Origin: Amoebidium appalachense
Lineage: Eukaryota; Protista; Ichthyosporea
Assembly: GCA_963693365.1 (NCBI GenBank)
Contig: CAVNZM010000014.1
Location: 124,001-188,000 of the forward strand
Direction: 5' to 3'
DNA length: 64,000 nucleotides
The notes under the pieces are model-generated. The model did no database searches, was not told the DNA's origin, and saw nothing but the letters and a program-made list of their open reading frames with translations. The position numbers and the translations under genes were made by a program. Positions 37,328 through 58,361 of this stretch are shown piece after piece (the stretch's first letter is position 1; the number at the start of each line of letters is the position of its first letter).

Positions 37328-38994
37328 ATGGGCATGGATGTGGATGTGGATGTGGACGCCTGTAGGTTTTTGCCGGGTGTGTGCCTTGGAATCTCGTCTG
37401 TGTGTGCGTGCGTGCGTGGGTGCATGTGTGTGTGCGCGTGTCCGTGCGTACGTGGGTGTGTGTTTGTCTCTCTCTCTTGCTGTGCATGTGTGTGTGGTTT
37501 CCTTATGTGTGTGTTTGCCTTTTGCACGTGGTTTTCATATCTGTTTGTATGCGTATGTGTATGTGTGCCTGTGGTGTGGGTGTGTAATGTAGTAGGCAGT
37601 GAATTGGCGGTGTGTGTATGCATGCGCGCGTGTGTGTGTATGTGCTGGGGGAGGGGGAGGGGGGGGGGGAGGAGAGAGGGATGGCTAAAAGGGAGGCAGT
37701 GACGGGAGAGGCATGGGGACGGAAGGGGGAGCGTGGTGGCGGGGAGAGGTGGGAAAAGGCAGGAATTTAGCAATGCGTGACAACCCACCGTGTGTTTTAT
37801 GTTCCCTTGTGAATCTAACGCATTGCTGCCACAGGCATCCTTACGTGTGAGGCCGGGTGTGTGCTTGAGTGGCTGGACAACCAGCTGGCTGACAAGGGGT
37901 TTGTCATGCCCATAGACCTGGGCGCTAAGGGGAGGTAGGTGAGGGTGCAGGGTGTGCATGCGCAGGGGCAGGGGCACTGAATCACACACGCACAATCGCG
38001 CGCGCATGCACACACACACACACACACACGTACACACACACACACACACACGTGCACACACACATACACACACACACATACACACACAAGCACACACACA
38101 CAAGCACACACACACATGCACAGGCGTTGACACGGACACGGACAGGGACACGGACAGGGACACGGACAGGGACACGGACACGGCTATGGTCATACACCAT
38201 GGGGGACACATTAGCAAACAGAAGCACAGAGACTCACAGCAGTGACGCGCACATACAGTACATGAAGCACGCACACACACACGCGTCTGGGCGTGTGCGC
38301 TCAGTCGGACACAGAAAGGCCTGAAGGCACGTACATACAGCTGGGATCCCTGCACACACCACATGTACACAGGCAACACACGTGCAACAGATGCACATGT
38401 ACACCACATGTACAGACACACTTACACAAGTGATGGTAAGGCTGTAAACACAAACCGCGGCGCTCATGCACGCAACACACACCGGCACACCGACACACGC
38501 GGGCATTCTGGCAGCAGATTTACTCTGTTGTTCTGGCACGCCCTATTGCAAACTGTCCCACCCCAACTCTCCCATCGCTGCATGACGACGCACGTGCTGT
38601 CGTTGTATTTGGTTGTGTGCTTTTGCACCCAATGTGCACGATGCACCACACCCTAAACCCCATGCATACACCACACCCTAAACCCCATGCATACACCACA
38701 CCCTAACCCCTATATTCCATATACCACACCCTAACCCCTATATTCCACACACCACACCCTAACCCCTATATTCCATATACCACACCCTAACCCCTATATT
38801 CCACACACCACACCCTAACCCCTATATTCCATATACCACACCCTAACCCCTATATTCCACACACCACACCCTAACCCTCATGCTATTACAGCTGTCACAT
38901 TGGGGGTAATGTGGCCACCAATGCTGGGGGTATCCGCTATCTGCGCTACGGCTCTTTGCACGGCAATGTGCTTGGCATCAAGGCTGTACGTAAA

Positions 38995-39025
<31 letters not shown>

Positions 39026-39057
39026 AAAAAAAAAAAACTGCGCAAGCAAACCAATCG

Positions 39058-39088
<31 letters not shown>

Positions 39089-39765
39089 ACCTTTGCCGAG
39101 TCAATTTGCTCAGGAGATGATATCATTCTTTCTTTGTGCCTAGATCTACGCCTGGGAGAAAGGGAGACCAAATAGCATTGGTGTGGGGCATGTGGTAAGG
39201 TGGGTAGTAAGACGATGGATAGGCCAAAGAGTGGTGCACTGGGGTTGGGGGTGGAATGGTGTGGTAGAGAGAGGATGAGAGAGACTGCAGCAGTGTCCAC
39301 ATGCGTGCATCCCCCCCCCCCCCCCCCCCCCCCCCCCCTCTCCTCCTCCTCCTGCCACCACTCTGTTTGTCTTCGTGCTGGCATTACACCACCGTTGTGA
39401 ATAGGTTTGTTCTTTGCACTTCGTATCACACCCAGACATCTGCCGTGCATATACACAAACACATGCCACCACGGTCACACACACCCACACAACAAGTAGG
39501 TTAGGCAATGCCACATCATGCACACGGACTGACGGGAGGGCCCAGGTGCTTGCCGATGGACGGGTTGTCGACACCATTTCGCCCTGCAGAAAGGATAACA
39601 CAGGTGGGTGCGGTGTTTAGTGTGTTGAGAGAGAAAGCGAGGGGTTGGCGGGGGAGGGGGGAGGGGGTTGGGATTGAAGTTTGTTGCTGTTGTTGTGGGA
39701 GGGGTGTGGGTGTGTGTGTGTCTGTATGGTGGTGGTGGTGAGGGAGGGGGGGGAGGGGGGGTTGA

Positions 39766-39803
<38 letters not shown>

Positions 39804-40072
39804 GGGAGGAGAAAGGAAAATAGAAAAGGATGGGAAAGGGAGCTTGGGAAATTTCCGAGACGGGGGGAGAGAGGAGGCCGTGTGCAAGAATCTGACCCTG
39901 CAAACGGCATGCCAAGTGAATGGAGAAGGAAAAAGGCTCATACTATTGTAAATGGTTACGGACAATCGTCATGGGGCTGTAGCTCAGTGGTAGAGCGCTC
40001 GCTTTGCATGCGAGATGCCTTGGGTTCGATCCCCAACTGCTCCAGATCTTTCCTTTTTTGTTTTGTTGCACT

Positions 40073-40119
<47 letters not shown>

Positions 40120-40170
40120 CCCCTTTTTCGTCGCCGCAATTCCAATTTTTTCATATATATATATATATAG

Positions 40171-40220
<50 letters not shown>

Positions 40221-41254
40221 CTATATATATATATTCCCCCTTTTTCGTCGCCGCAATTCCAATTTTTTCCTTCTCCTTCACGCCAAGCATTTCTTTATTC
40301 ATGTGTGTGTGTGTGTTGCTTTTACCAGGATTTATGTTGTTAGAGGGTTAGGTGTGCTCGATGGAAGCTTTATGTTGCAGGGGAGGGCTTTCCCTCGATT
40401 GGGAACTGTGGGGCTGTAGCTCAGTGGTAGAGCGCTCGCTTTGCATGCGAGATGCCTTGGGTTCGATCCCCAACTGCTCCATACTTTTTCCCCTTTCTCT
40501 TTTTGACTTCTTTTTGACCTTCTGTCATTCCCGTTTTTGTTATCTTGTAATTGTTGCCCTCCCGCCAAACGAAATCTTTCTGCCCCTGTTACACTGCGTT
40601 TCCTTCTGTTCGGTTCCCCTTTCAGTTTTTTTGTTGCCCTCTTGCCCTCTCTGCTCCATAATCCTTCCCTGTTTATTGCATTTGATAGAACTTTGTGTTG
40701 TTTTCAGTCCATGAGACCTGCAACTGCATGCACATGTGATGATTGCCTTTTTGCCTCCCGGCCACTCTCCCTGCCTCTCCCGTTTTGTCAATCAATCACG
40801 ACCTCCACCTAAAGAGAGAGCTGGATGTTTATATGCAGCTATATTTGTGTATGCCTCTGTGTATTTATTTGCTAAAGCGCGCATGCTCACCGGTATGTTC
40901 GGGAAAGTGTTTCCTTGTTCGCTAGGGTGGGATACCAACGAAGATATGAAGAACATGAGTTCAATGTTGTAAGATCGTGGTCCGTCCCCGGTCTCCAACC
41001 GGGGCTGTAGCTCAGTGGTAGAGCGCTCGCTTTGCATGCGAGATGCCTTGGGTTCGATCCCCAACTGCTCCACGGTTTTTTTTTTCTTCTTTTTTTTTTT
41101 TCTCCCCTTTCTTTTTTTTCTTTTTCTTTTTTCTTTTTCTTTTTTTTTTTTTTTTTTGGTTCAGGGAGGGGGAGGGGGAGAGGGAGTAGGGGGGGGGGGG
41201 GGGGGGGGGGGTATACATCTTCCCCTCCCCTCTGCACCCCCCATTTCCCCCCTC

Positions 41255-41304
<50 letters not shown>

Positions 41305-41817
41305 ACCACCCCCGGCACCACTGCCACCACCAACACACACACATACACACACACACACTCACACACACACACTCCCGCACAAACACAAACACACACTTTG
41401 CAAGTTGCGCTCCGCACACACACGTCTATTTATCAGTAGAGCTACCAGAAACTGTCCTCATTAATGTGGTGCATTAATTAGTAGAGCTACTATATATATT
41501 GCGTGCATTATGCTCATACCATGTTACACAGGGTACGACCTCAAGCAGCTTTTTATTGGCTCCGAGGGCACTCTGGGTGTCATCACCGCTCTGTCTCTGC
41601 TCACCCCCCAGCGCTCAAAGGTAACACTATTTTTGCCCCTCACACCCTAAAATATCAACAACTACACAACAAGAGCAAAAAGACAAAATGATCACTAGTA
41701 AGGATAGCAGTGATAAGAGCAGGCAAAAAACGAACGGAAGGGAAAATGGAAACAAACGTGAATGAATATCGAATCCATAGGAGATGAACGGGAAAAGTCG
41801 CGAGGGACTTGTCATGA

Positions 41818-41849
<32 letters not shown>

Positions 41850-41986
41850 AAAAAAAAAAAGGTTGGGCACGTATCGGGTGACTGTGTTCATTCTTTTGAC
41901 AGGAAGCGTTTCTCGTGGTTTCCTCCTTTCCTGTACAACAACGACAATTTTTGACTAATCATCCATATGCATGTGCATTTACACAC

Positions 41987-42069
<83 letters not shown>

Positions 42070-43843
42070 CCGTCAACGTTGCATTCCTTGGCTGCAGCAG
42101 CTATGAGGATGTGTGCCGCATTCTGTCCGAGTCAAAGCGCCAACTCGGTGAAATTCTGTCCGGTATATACCCCTGACACTGCTTAGAAGGGAAAAAGACT
42201 GAGGGGGGAAGGGAAGGGGGGTTTTTTTTTTGGGGGGGGGGGGGGGGGAGGGGGAGGGGGGGGGGGGGGGAGGAGATGGCTTTGAGGAGTGAGTAGGATG
42301 GGCAAGGGTAGACAGAGTGGTCTCTTCTGTATGGGTGTGAGATGATGGGTGGCTCATGGAGTCAGGTGGTGGTGGTGGTGGTGGTGATATTGTGTGTGAT
42401 TGTGTGTGATGGTGTGTTAAGTCGGGGAGGGGGGGAGGAGGAGGGGGGTGGTTTTCGATAGTACTCGTATCAATAGTGTGTGTTGACACACGTACCACCT
42501 TGCCTAACAAGGCTTAACCTGACTCCTGCCCGCCCCCCCTTCCTTCTGCAGCATGTGAGTTCCTTGATGATGGCAGCATGAATGCCGTCACCACCCACCT
42601 CAAGCGCACAAACCCCGTCAGTGGATCCTACCCGTTCTATGCCCTGATCGAGACATCGGGCTCAAACAACGACCACGATATGGAGGTACTTACTGCACGC
42701 CCATATAGCTCATATATATGTGTGTGGCTTGCCTCTTGCTGTTCACTGTGTGCTGCAGCCATGCGCGCATGAATGGACATCCTGGTGCAGACAACCCTTC
42801 CCCCCCCCCCCCTCCTCCCCCCCCCCCCCGCGGCCCTTCCTACCCACCCACCCAGAACCCAGTCCATGTTCAAGTGAAGCAGTATTTGGTTGGGCTTCGT
42901 CACAGGGTGAATTGGTCGGAACTCGGGTACCGTGGGTGACTTGCCCCCTCCTAGAGAGGAGCTCTGCTTATTATCCATATGTTTCTGTGTTTTGCACTCT
43001 GCAATATGTTGCCCGTTTATCATGTTTACTTCGTAAATTATAATGCATTATACCCCCCCTCCCCCCCCCCCCCAACCCTTGCCCCCCCCCCCACCCACAC
43101 CCACACACCTACCCCCCCCCCCCCACACACACACACACACGCAACCCCCCCCCCCCCCCCCCCCCCCCCCCCACACACACACACAGAAACTCAACAACTT
43201 CTTGGAGCACATTATGGGTGAGGGCTACTGCCTGGACGGCACCTTGGCACAGGACTCGAAGCAGGTTCGTGTGTGTGTGTGTGTGTTGTTGTGTGTGCGC
43301 GACCGCGTGCGTGTGTGCGTGCGCGCTTGTATGCGTGCTTGTATGCGTGCGTGCGTGGGCGTGCGTGCGTGGGCGTGCGTTGTGTGTGTGTGGGGATGGG
43401 TTGTTGGAAGGGTGTGTGGGTGGTGGCGGCAGCGGCGGCGGCAGCGGTGGTGTGTTTGTGTATGTGCTTTTTTTTGGGGGGGGGGGGGGGGGGGGGGAAG
43501 AGGTGGGGGGTGAGGGGTGAGGGGGTGAGGGGAGGGGGGGGGGGGAGGAGAGAGAGAGAGAAGGGGGGGGGGGGATTGGTCTAAAGATCTGTATGCGCAT
43601 GTGGGGTTGTGCGCACACGATTGTGGTTATCGTGTTGTGTGTGCGTGTGTGTGTGTTTGTTGTGGGGGGGAGGGGGGAGGGGAGATATAGATGATTGTGG
43701 CCTACATTGTTGTTCGAGGTCTGGATGAGTTTGTGGCAAGACCGAGGAAGGGCAGGAGAAAAGATGACACGGGGGGGGGGGAAGGGGGGGGGGGGGGGGG
43801 GGGGGGGGGAGGGTGTGTGGGGCGGTTTAATTTTTTTTCCTTT

Positions 43844-43893
<50 letters not shown>

Positions 43894-44307
43894 GTGGAGG
43901 GTAGGCGAGGGTAGGGTGTTTGGCGGTCGGTCTAGGCGTTTTGTGCCCAGGGGGAGGTGGGAGAGTCAAGGCTCTGAAATGCTGATTGGTAACCCACCCA
44001 CCCACAAACACAATCCCTCCCACCTCCCCCCTCCTCCCTCCCTCTCCCCTATCCTCCCCTCCCCCTCCCCCCCCCCCCCCCCCCTCCCCCCCCCTCCCCC
44101 TCCTTCCCCCACCCCTTCACGCACAGGCATCTGAGATCTGGGCCATCCGCGAGAGCATTGCCGAGGCGCTCCTCCACGACGGCAGTGTGTACAAGTATGA
44201 CGTCAGCATCCCCATCAGCAAGATGTATGACCTAGTCATGGCTTGCAGGGAGAGGATCCCTGAGGCTACTAGGGTGACGGGTTATGGTCATGTGGGAGAC
44301 GGTGAGT

Positions 44308-44359
<52 letters not shown>

Positions 44360-44634
44360 CTATGATGTCTTTGCCCCTTGGTTTCCTCCATGTGTAGGCG
44401 TTGTGTGCGGTGTGTGCACACACACATGGGTGTGTGCACGTGCAGATTCTGACAACCCCCCCCCCCCCCCCCCCCCCCCCAGGCAACCTGCATCTGAACA
44501 TTACATCACCAACCTACGACAAAGACATTGTGGCCAAGCTTGAGCCCTTTGTCTACGAGTGGACCTGTATGCTTCCCCCCCCAAATAAATAAATAAAAAT
44601 AAACACACACACACACACACACATGCACTCACAA

Positions 44635-44677
<43 letters not shown>

Positions 44678-44682
44678 CACTC

Positions 44683-44731
<49 letters not shown>

Positions 44732-45012
44732 CCCCGCGTCTGCATTGCCCATCACAAATCACAAACACAATTGCCCTTTTTTAAGCACCTTGCACTCTTC
44801 CTTCCCCACAGATTGCATTTTTTATGTGTACCTCATTACAAATGGTGTGTGTTGAATGCGGGGATAGCTTGCCTTAGAAAGAGATACGATTAGGTGCACA
44901 CTTGGGTTTGGTGCCTCGTGATCTGCCACAGTATGGGGAGGTGTGGAAGTTGGGGTTTATGGGGTATGGTTGTGTGTGTGTGTGTGTGTTCCGGGGGGAG
45001 GGGGACGGAGAA

Positions 45013-45061
<49 letters not shown>

Positions 45062-45287
45062 AGGGGGGAGGGACTAGGCGCAGGTAGTGGGAGTGGGGTT
45101 GGTGGACCTGTACATTGGATATATCTGCACACTTTATTGGATATGTCTGCACGCTTTCTGACCACGGGGGCTGCAGCGAGCCACAGCGGCAGTGTGAGTG
45201 CGGAGCATGGCCTTGGGTTCATGAAGGCACACTGCATCGGATACTCGAAGAGCAACGAGTCGGTGGAGGTACGTGCACACAGGGTGG

Positions 45288-45348
<61 letters not shown>

Positions 45349-45836
45349 TAATGATTACTTGCCAATCACGATTACTTGCCTGTACGTGTATCCAGGCATC
45401 CCACAAACACACACAAGTACACAGAGCTCGCAGCCCCCCTCCCCCCCACACCGACCCACCCACCCACCCATGTGCAGCACGCCTTCAAGCTTCCTGCAGG
45501 CCCATACACACACACGACTTACTTCAACCGCATTGCATGTGGAATCGATGCATTACACGGCTCAAGCTCTGTGTGGGTCCCCTTCGTGTGGCCCTCCCTT
45601 CTCCCTTCCCCCCTGGGTTCGTTTACATAGCATGCTGAAATCCGGCATCTTATTTTGTGTGTGTGGTTTTTTACTGTGTACTGAGAACGAGTTTTAACAC
45701 CCCCCCCCCCCCCCCCCCCCTCCCCCCCGCGCCACTACACACGCACACACAGGTGATGCAAGCCATGAAGAAGCTGTTTGACCCCAAGGGCATCCTCAAC
45801 CCCTACAAGACCCTCCCCAGCGAATTTCACCACTAA
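33054..45836 (+). CDS. D2HGDH: D-2-hydroxyglutarate dehydrogenase, mitochondrial (FAD-binding PCMH oxidase), 17 exons
   Basis: Exons 33054-33116, 33783-33887, 34083-34151, 35147-35265, 36044-36084, 36547-36627, 37835-37934, 38892-38985, 39546-39603, 41532-41620, 42069-42162, 42552-42685, 43187-43264, 44127-44301, 44483-44566, 45177-45268, 45753-45836. Motifs: [99 protein letters not shown]. Confidence 0.96.
35401..35492 (+). mobile_element. 5'-truncated diverged copy of the same repeat
   Basis: TGAGGATGGGCTCTGCTTATAATGCAT..., between C-rich tracts in D2HGDH intron 4. Confidence 0.75.
36179..36429 (+). mobile_element. Near-full-length copy of the same repeat (subfamily 2)
   Basis: CCTTGCCTGCATAAGCAACCCTGCTCGTCTCTGATCAAGACGGGTGACC...GGTCGAAACTC...CTGAGGATGGGCTCTGCTT...GCATTCAAAA-C(n), in D2HGDH intron 5. 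Confidence 0.9.
38645..38878 (+). repeat. Minisatellite, 28-bp unit ACCACACCCTAACCCCTATATTCCAYAY
   Basis: CCCTAACCC at 38701, 38729, 38757, 38785, 38813, 38841 and 38869, plus two shorter CCCTAAACCC units upstream. Confidence 0.95.
39973..40044 (+). tRNA. tRNA-Ala(UGC)
   Basis: 72-nt cloverleaf GGGGCTGTAGCTCAGTGGTAGAGCGCTCGCTTTGCATGCGAGATGCCTTGGGTTCGATCCCCAACTGCTCCA with G3:U70, anticodon TGC and a downstream T-run. Confidence 0.95.
40410..40481 (+). tRNA. tRNA-Ala(UGC)
   Basis: Identical to the copy at 39973 and followed by TTTTT. Confidence 0.95.
41001..41072 (+). tRNA. tRNA-Ala(UGC)
   Basis: Identical to the copy at 39973 and followed by a long T-run. Confidence 0.95.
42860..43052 (+). 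mobile_element. Diverged copy of the same repeat
   Basis: CATGTTCAAGTGAAGCAGTAT...GGTCGGAACTCGGGTAC...GCTCTGCTTATTAT...TTACTTCGTAA...GCATTATA-C(n), in D2HGDH intron 12. Confidence 0.8.
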
Positions 45837-46752
45837 TAGAACCCCCCCCCCATCTAATTGGGTACCCCCTGGGTATGAATGTGCGGGCTGGGCCTCGCAT
45901 AGTAATGACCATTAAGGGTTAATGTTGGGATCAAGAGATTGGATGGTATGATGTATGTATGTGGATATGTATTTTGATGCCCAGCAGGGCAGGCAGATAT
46001 GGTAATCTCGGTGTTATGAAGGAAATTTCGTTTATTTTCTCGTAGTTAGCACACACACACTACATACGGTCTGTGTTGAAAAACACATGTCCTACTATTA
46101 TGGGCACATTGCCATTAATGGTGAGACTCGGAACCAATGGAAAACACGGAACGCAAACAAATACTGGACATGCCTGTGCCCACACATTCCATGCACATAC
46201 CATAATAAAATGACATAGCTGATTGGTTGGTGTCTTGCCTGCTCGTCCAATCAGATCCGGCGGTAGCCTTGGCCCTGTCCCCTGAGCCATCTGTGTGCAA
46301 ATAACGCGGATACTGAACACACCACACGTGCACGCGCACACACACACAAAATAAAAAAGGCCAGCATGACACCGTCACATGGACACATACGTGTTAGTCA
46401 ATTCAATGATAGGCAACCTCCTCATCTCCTCACCGAAACCATCTTATCCCTTTCTCCCGATCCCCCCTCCCCCCCCCCCCCCCCCCCCCCCCCCTCCCCC
46501 CCTCCCCCTGCCCCCCGTTCCGCTGCACGTCTTGAAGCACCTCCAAATCTGACCCCGTGACAGTGCACCAAAAACACTGTTCCTGTGTTTATTGACGACT
46601 AGGTTTGCATCAGTAGTGCTAATCACCTGCATGCTACTCGGTCCGTGCATGCATTCATGGCATCCGTTGAGAGTGTTAGGCCGCAATGACAACACACCAA
46701 AGGGGGAGCTTTGGGGAGGGAGGGAGGGAGGGGGGGGGGGGAGGTGTAATAC

Positions 46753-54044
<7,292 letters not shown>

Positions 54045-54378
54045 AACTGACGCCCCACGGCCAGATTATGGCATCACAAAGTCTGCTGGGGACAAAAAGA
54101 ATCCAGACTACAGAGGTGGTCAAGGCTTCCATGCACAAGAACGCTCAGCCCTTGAGGGTGAAACTGGAGAATATAAACGCAGTTGCTCAAAGTAAGTAAC
54201 TCCCGAAGGGCATTGTCAAATCAGCTGCTACAGAAAAAACCGGTTAACGGGTAAGTGACATGAGCATGATTAATTCGACGTCATCGCAACTGGCGTGAAC
54301 AGGGCGGGTGCGTGGTGTGTTGACCCGACTATGTAGAACATACGCGTGTGCCAATATAGTCTATAACACACATAACTC

Positions 54379-54448
54379 TAAAAGCCTCATAGTGCCGTGG
54401 CAAAGTACCTATATAAAAGCCTCATAGTGCCGTGGCAAAGTACCTATA
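54379..54448 (+). repeat. Perfect 35-bp tandem duplication in the divergent intergenic region
   Basis: TAAAAGCCTCATAGTGCCGTGGCAAAGTACCTATA x2. Confidence 0.95.
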
Positions 54449-56562
54449 TATATAAGCTATGAATCTCAGTCTTAGCTAAAAGGGTCACGATGAACAAGAA
54501 AGACGGCGCAAGCCTTCCTAGTCCCACCCGGCGGGCCGCCGTGCGGGAGTCCGCCGGATGGTAAACGTTGGCGGCTCACGTACACAAGGTACTTGCAAAT
54601 GATTGGATAACTGTCACAGTTTAGACACGCCGGTTGCTTGAGGTATCCAACTGATTGTGCTACGTGTGAGCATGGATTTTATCAACAAGGAAATATATGA
54701 TATTATCAAGCTGCTTGCACAATTACTTGTTTTGATGCCTTATATTCGTATATATTACGCACTAGTAAAACTTCTACTGTCTAGTGGTACCTGATGCTTC
54801 TCCGCAGGAGTCCGCGCTTTAGTGCTGCCTAAATACGTCTTATCCATGGCATTCCATGCACACCTGTATCTTCCTGTCGATCCGGTCAAATCGGATACAG
54901 CTCAAAAGTGCCCTGATTGGCTGGCTGGCTCGAGGGCTAAAAAACAGACACGCATGCCAACTAAACTGCACTTTTTTAGTCAAGGCAAAAACCTGTAACC
55001 CTTAAACTCTTATTCTTTAGCCTACTGCTTGATAAAAAAACCCTTTCATACGCTATAGTATAGTGAGCATAGTAGTGGTTTATTTTTGGCTGCAGGAGCA
55101 GCCCTATAGGTGATAGTTTGGCTCAACGCAAGTAATCCATCCTCATGCGGAGCTAAGTTTGGAGTGACCCATTTCATCCGTGCAGTATTTTGTCTTTGAA
55201 ATCGTACGAAGAATAGGTGGAGTTAAGAGAGCGTTATTGCGACCCAGAGGGAGAGGCACTGGTGCAGCTGTATTTCATTGGGAGCATGGTTAGTGTGTGT
55301 CCGAGTGTGTGTGTGCATGTGTGTGTTTGTCTGGATGTACGTGTGTGTGTGTGTCCATAGATGTATGTTCCTGTGTGTGTGACAGTGTGTGTGTGTGTGT
55401 GTGTGTGTGTGCACGCGTGACACTGTGCGATGGTGTGTATTTGTGGTGTGTTCATCTTAGAGTCTGTGGGCAAATTCATGTGCACATACACACGCACGGG
55501 TACCTGCGATTATACCTGCGCGCGCGCGCGCGTGTGTCTGTGGGTGTGTGCTAGTACCCGTGCGATTGCATAGTTGTGCCAGGTTGCATATATGCATACG
55601 TGGACATGGGCAATTCAGGCATGTATATACATTTGCGAGAGCGTGCATGAGCATGTTGCGCCGGGCTCAGTGGTGTGTGCTTCTAGGGCTGCCATTTTGG
55701 CTTGAGTACGTGTGGCATAGAATACGAGGTGACTGTTAGTCCAAGTGCCTGGGTTTGGGTTTCTGTTGTTGTGGTTGAAGATGTGTGAGAAAGATTCTAT
55801 GTTGGGCGGGTTGGTGGTGTTAGTGGCTGTGTGTTTGTGTGTAGGGGGGAAGAGGGGGAGGGGGGTGGGGAGGGGGGTTTGAAGGGGGGGAGGGGGGGGA
55901 GAGGGGGGGGGGGGAAGGGGGCATGGTTGTGAAAAGGTACTCTGACTTTGTCATAGTTGAACGTGTGGCTTTTGGCTACGGGCAAACCTTTGCTGCATCC
56001 TTGTGTCTTTGGGAAGGTTGAACCCACACCAGTGTCACCTGGTTTTGTGTGTGTGTGTGGGTGGGTGGGTGTGGGTGTGGCTGATTTAGTGTGTGTACGT
56101 GTGCATGTGCCTGGGCGCTCGTTTTAATGCGCATCACAGTGAGTGCATGTTTCGCGGTAAGGGCAAGTGTGCCTATGAGTGCATGTCTGTGCGCACCCTT
56201 TTATGACTGTGAATCTTAGTGTGCAGCGTCATGCGTTTGTGAGTCTGCCTGTGTGTGAACGTTTATGTGAAACGTGTGTCTGTGTGTGTATTCTTGCGCA
56301 TCAAGATTACGGCCAGGTGTTTTTTTCTCCTGTGTGGTAAAAAGTGGGATGTAACGGTAGTACTCTGGACTGCTCATATTGTGGCATGCAGGTGCATGTG
56401 GCACTATGGATATTAGTGCATATGCAAATATCTGCTTACGCATCTGGCACGTTACCCCCCTCCCCATCTCCCCCCATCGCAACAGCTCTTTTCTCCCTCC
56501 TCTCTTTCGATCTTACCCATTCTCCCCTTCCCGTCTCCCCCCCGTTCGGTTCCGCCCCCTCC

Positions 56563-56605
<43 letters not shown>

Positions 56606-56706
56606 AAAAAAAAAAAAAACAAAAAAAAAAAACAAACAGTTTTGTTTTACGGAACGACAAAAAGTGCACTTGATTGACTCCGCTTCTTGCCCCCCCCCCC
56701 CCCCCC

Positions 56707-56738
<32 letters not shown>

Positions 56739-56905
56739 AGAAAAAAAAAAGGAAAAAAAAAGAGCTTTGTTTCCGGGATGACGAAAAGTGCAGTTGATTG
56801 ACTCCGCTTCCGCCTCCCCCCTCCCCCCCCCCCCCCCGAAAAAAAAAAACTAAATAAATAAATAACCACCCATTCCTTGCCAGATGGGGCTTTAGCGCAG
56901 ACACC

Positions 56906-56985
56906 ATGTCACACACGTCGGGCGGTCTGTCTGAGGCCCTGACTGAAATCCCAGATGCCTTCCCCGTGCCGGAGGACGGGTAGGT

Positions 56986-57026
<41 letters not shown>

Positions 57027-57613
57027 GGGGGAGGGGGGGTAAGCAAAGGGGGAGAAAGGAGGGGACGCGGGGGGGCAGGATGTGTGTTGGGGGAGGCTTC
57101 CGTATGTATGTGTGTGGGTGGTGGCAGGGCGAAGATGGTTTTGGGTGCGTCATGTGGTGCTGACTTGGGTTGGTGTGTGCTGGGCTGGGAAATGTGTTTG
57201 TGAGTTCGCAATAGGAAGCATGGCTATGATCTAGTGGGGGTACCTGCACTTGCTAGACTCGTACACATCCTTATTGTGGGAAACACGAACATTTGCAGAA
57301 CAACAATATAATTCATCTTGTGATTATTTGTCTTTTCCGTAGCGGCATGTTTGTCTTCATTTTTCCTAGGATGTGGCAACCACATTTCCTTATATGGACA
57401 ACAAGCATTTTTTAATTTGGGCAACAGGGGCCCGTCCACGCCACGGCGGGGCACACCCAAGCGGCTATCAGACCGGCCTATGAAGAGCATCCTGGAGCGC
57501 AGTCAGACCCTGGCTGAGCGATTCACAAAGCCCTTCAGAGTGTACGTGTGGTGTTTTTTTTTCCCTTTTCTTTTCTTTTCTTTTTTCTTTTCTTTTTTTG
57601 TGGGGGGGGGCGG

Positions 57614-57668
<55 letters not shown>

Positions 57669-57952
57669 GTGTGTTTGGGGGCAGAGGTGCGGGGGGGGGG
57701 GGGGGGGGGGGTATATAAGGGAATGTGTGCATCTTTTTTTCTTCCCTCCCTTCTTTTTTGCACGCTTTGTTGAATCGATGAAAGATCCAGCGTTTGACCA
57801 CATACCCCCCCCCCCTCCCCCCGCCCCCCTCTGCCCCACTTGCAATGTTTTTTTTGCTGTGTACCCTTACATTTTGCAATACGTTGCACAGCATCCTCCC
57901 GTCAACTCATTGTGAATGAAGTCTTTCCCTGGGCTGTGTCCTGCCCGTTTTT

Positions 57953-58013
<61 letters not shown>

Positions 58014-58026
58014 ACTGTACCCTGCA

Positions 58027-58102
<76 letters not shown>

Positions 58103-58153
58103 ACCAGCGCACGCACACACCACACACACACACATACACACACACACACACAT

Positions 58154-58238
<85 letters not shown>

Positions 58239-58308
58239 TAGGAACCGAAGGAGAGCCATCTCCAACTCCATGGATCGCAGTGAAGCCACCACAAAAATGC
58301 TCGAGGTC

Positions 58309-58361
<53 letters not shown>

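Noticed and set aside
38645-38878. Interstitial telomere or telomerase RNA template
   Set aside because: Each 28-bp unit has only 1.5 telomere repeats, with no (CCCTAA)n run and no surrounding telomerase RNA structure.
40071-40270. Local duplications ((TA)n-TTCCCCCTTTTTCGTCGCCGCAATTCC x2; also 56640-56810 and 62254-62303)
   Set aside because: These are simple slippage-type duplications next to homopolymers, with no sign of function.
54490-56395. Possible upstream exons of the PH gene (e.g. 55217-55288, 55687-55728, 55956-56015, 56317-56391)
   Set aside because: They are AG/GT-bounded and open, but the peptides are unrecognisable and have no clear start. They may be UTR exons or chance.
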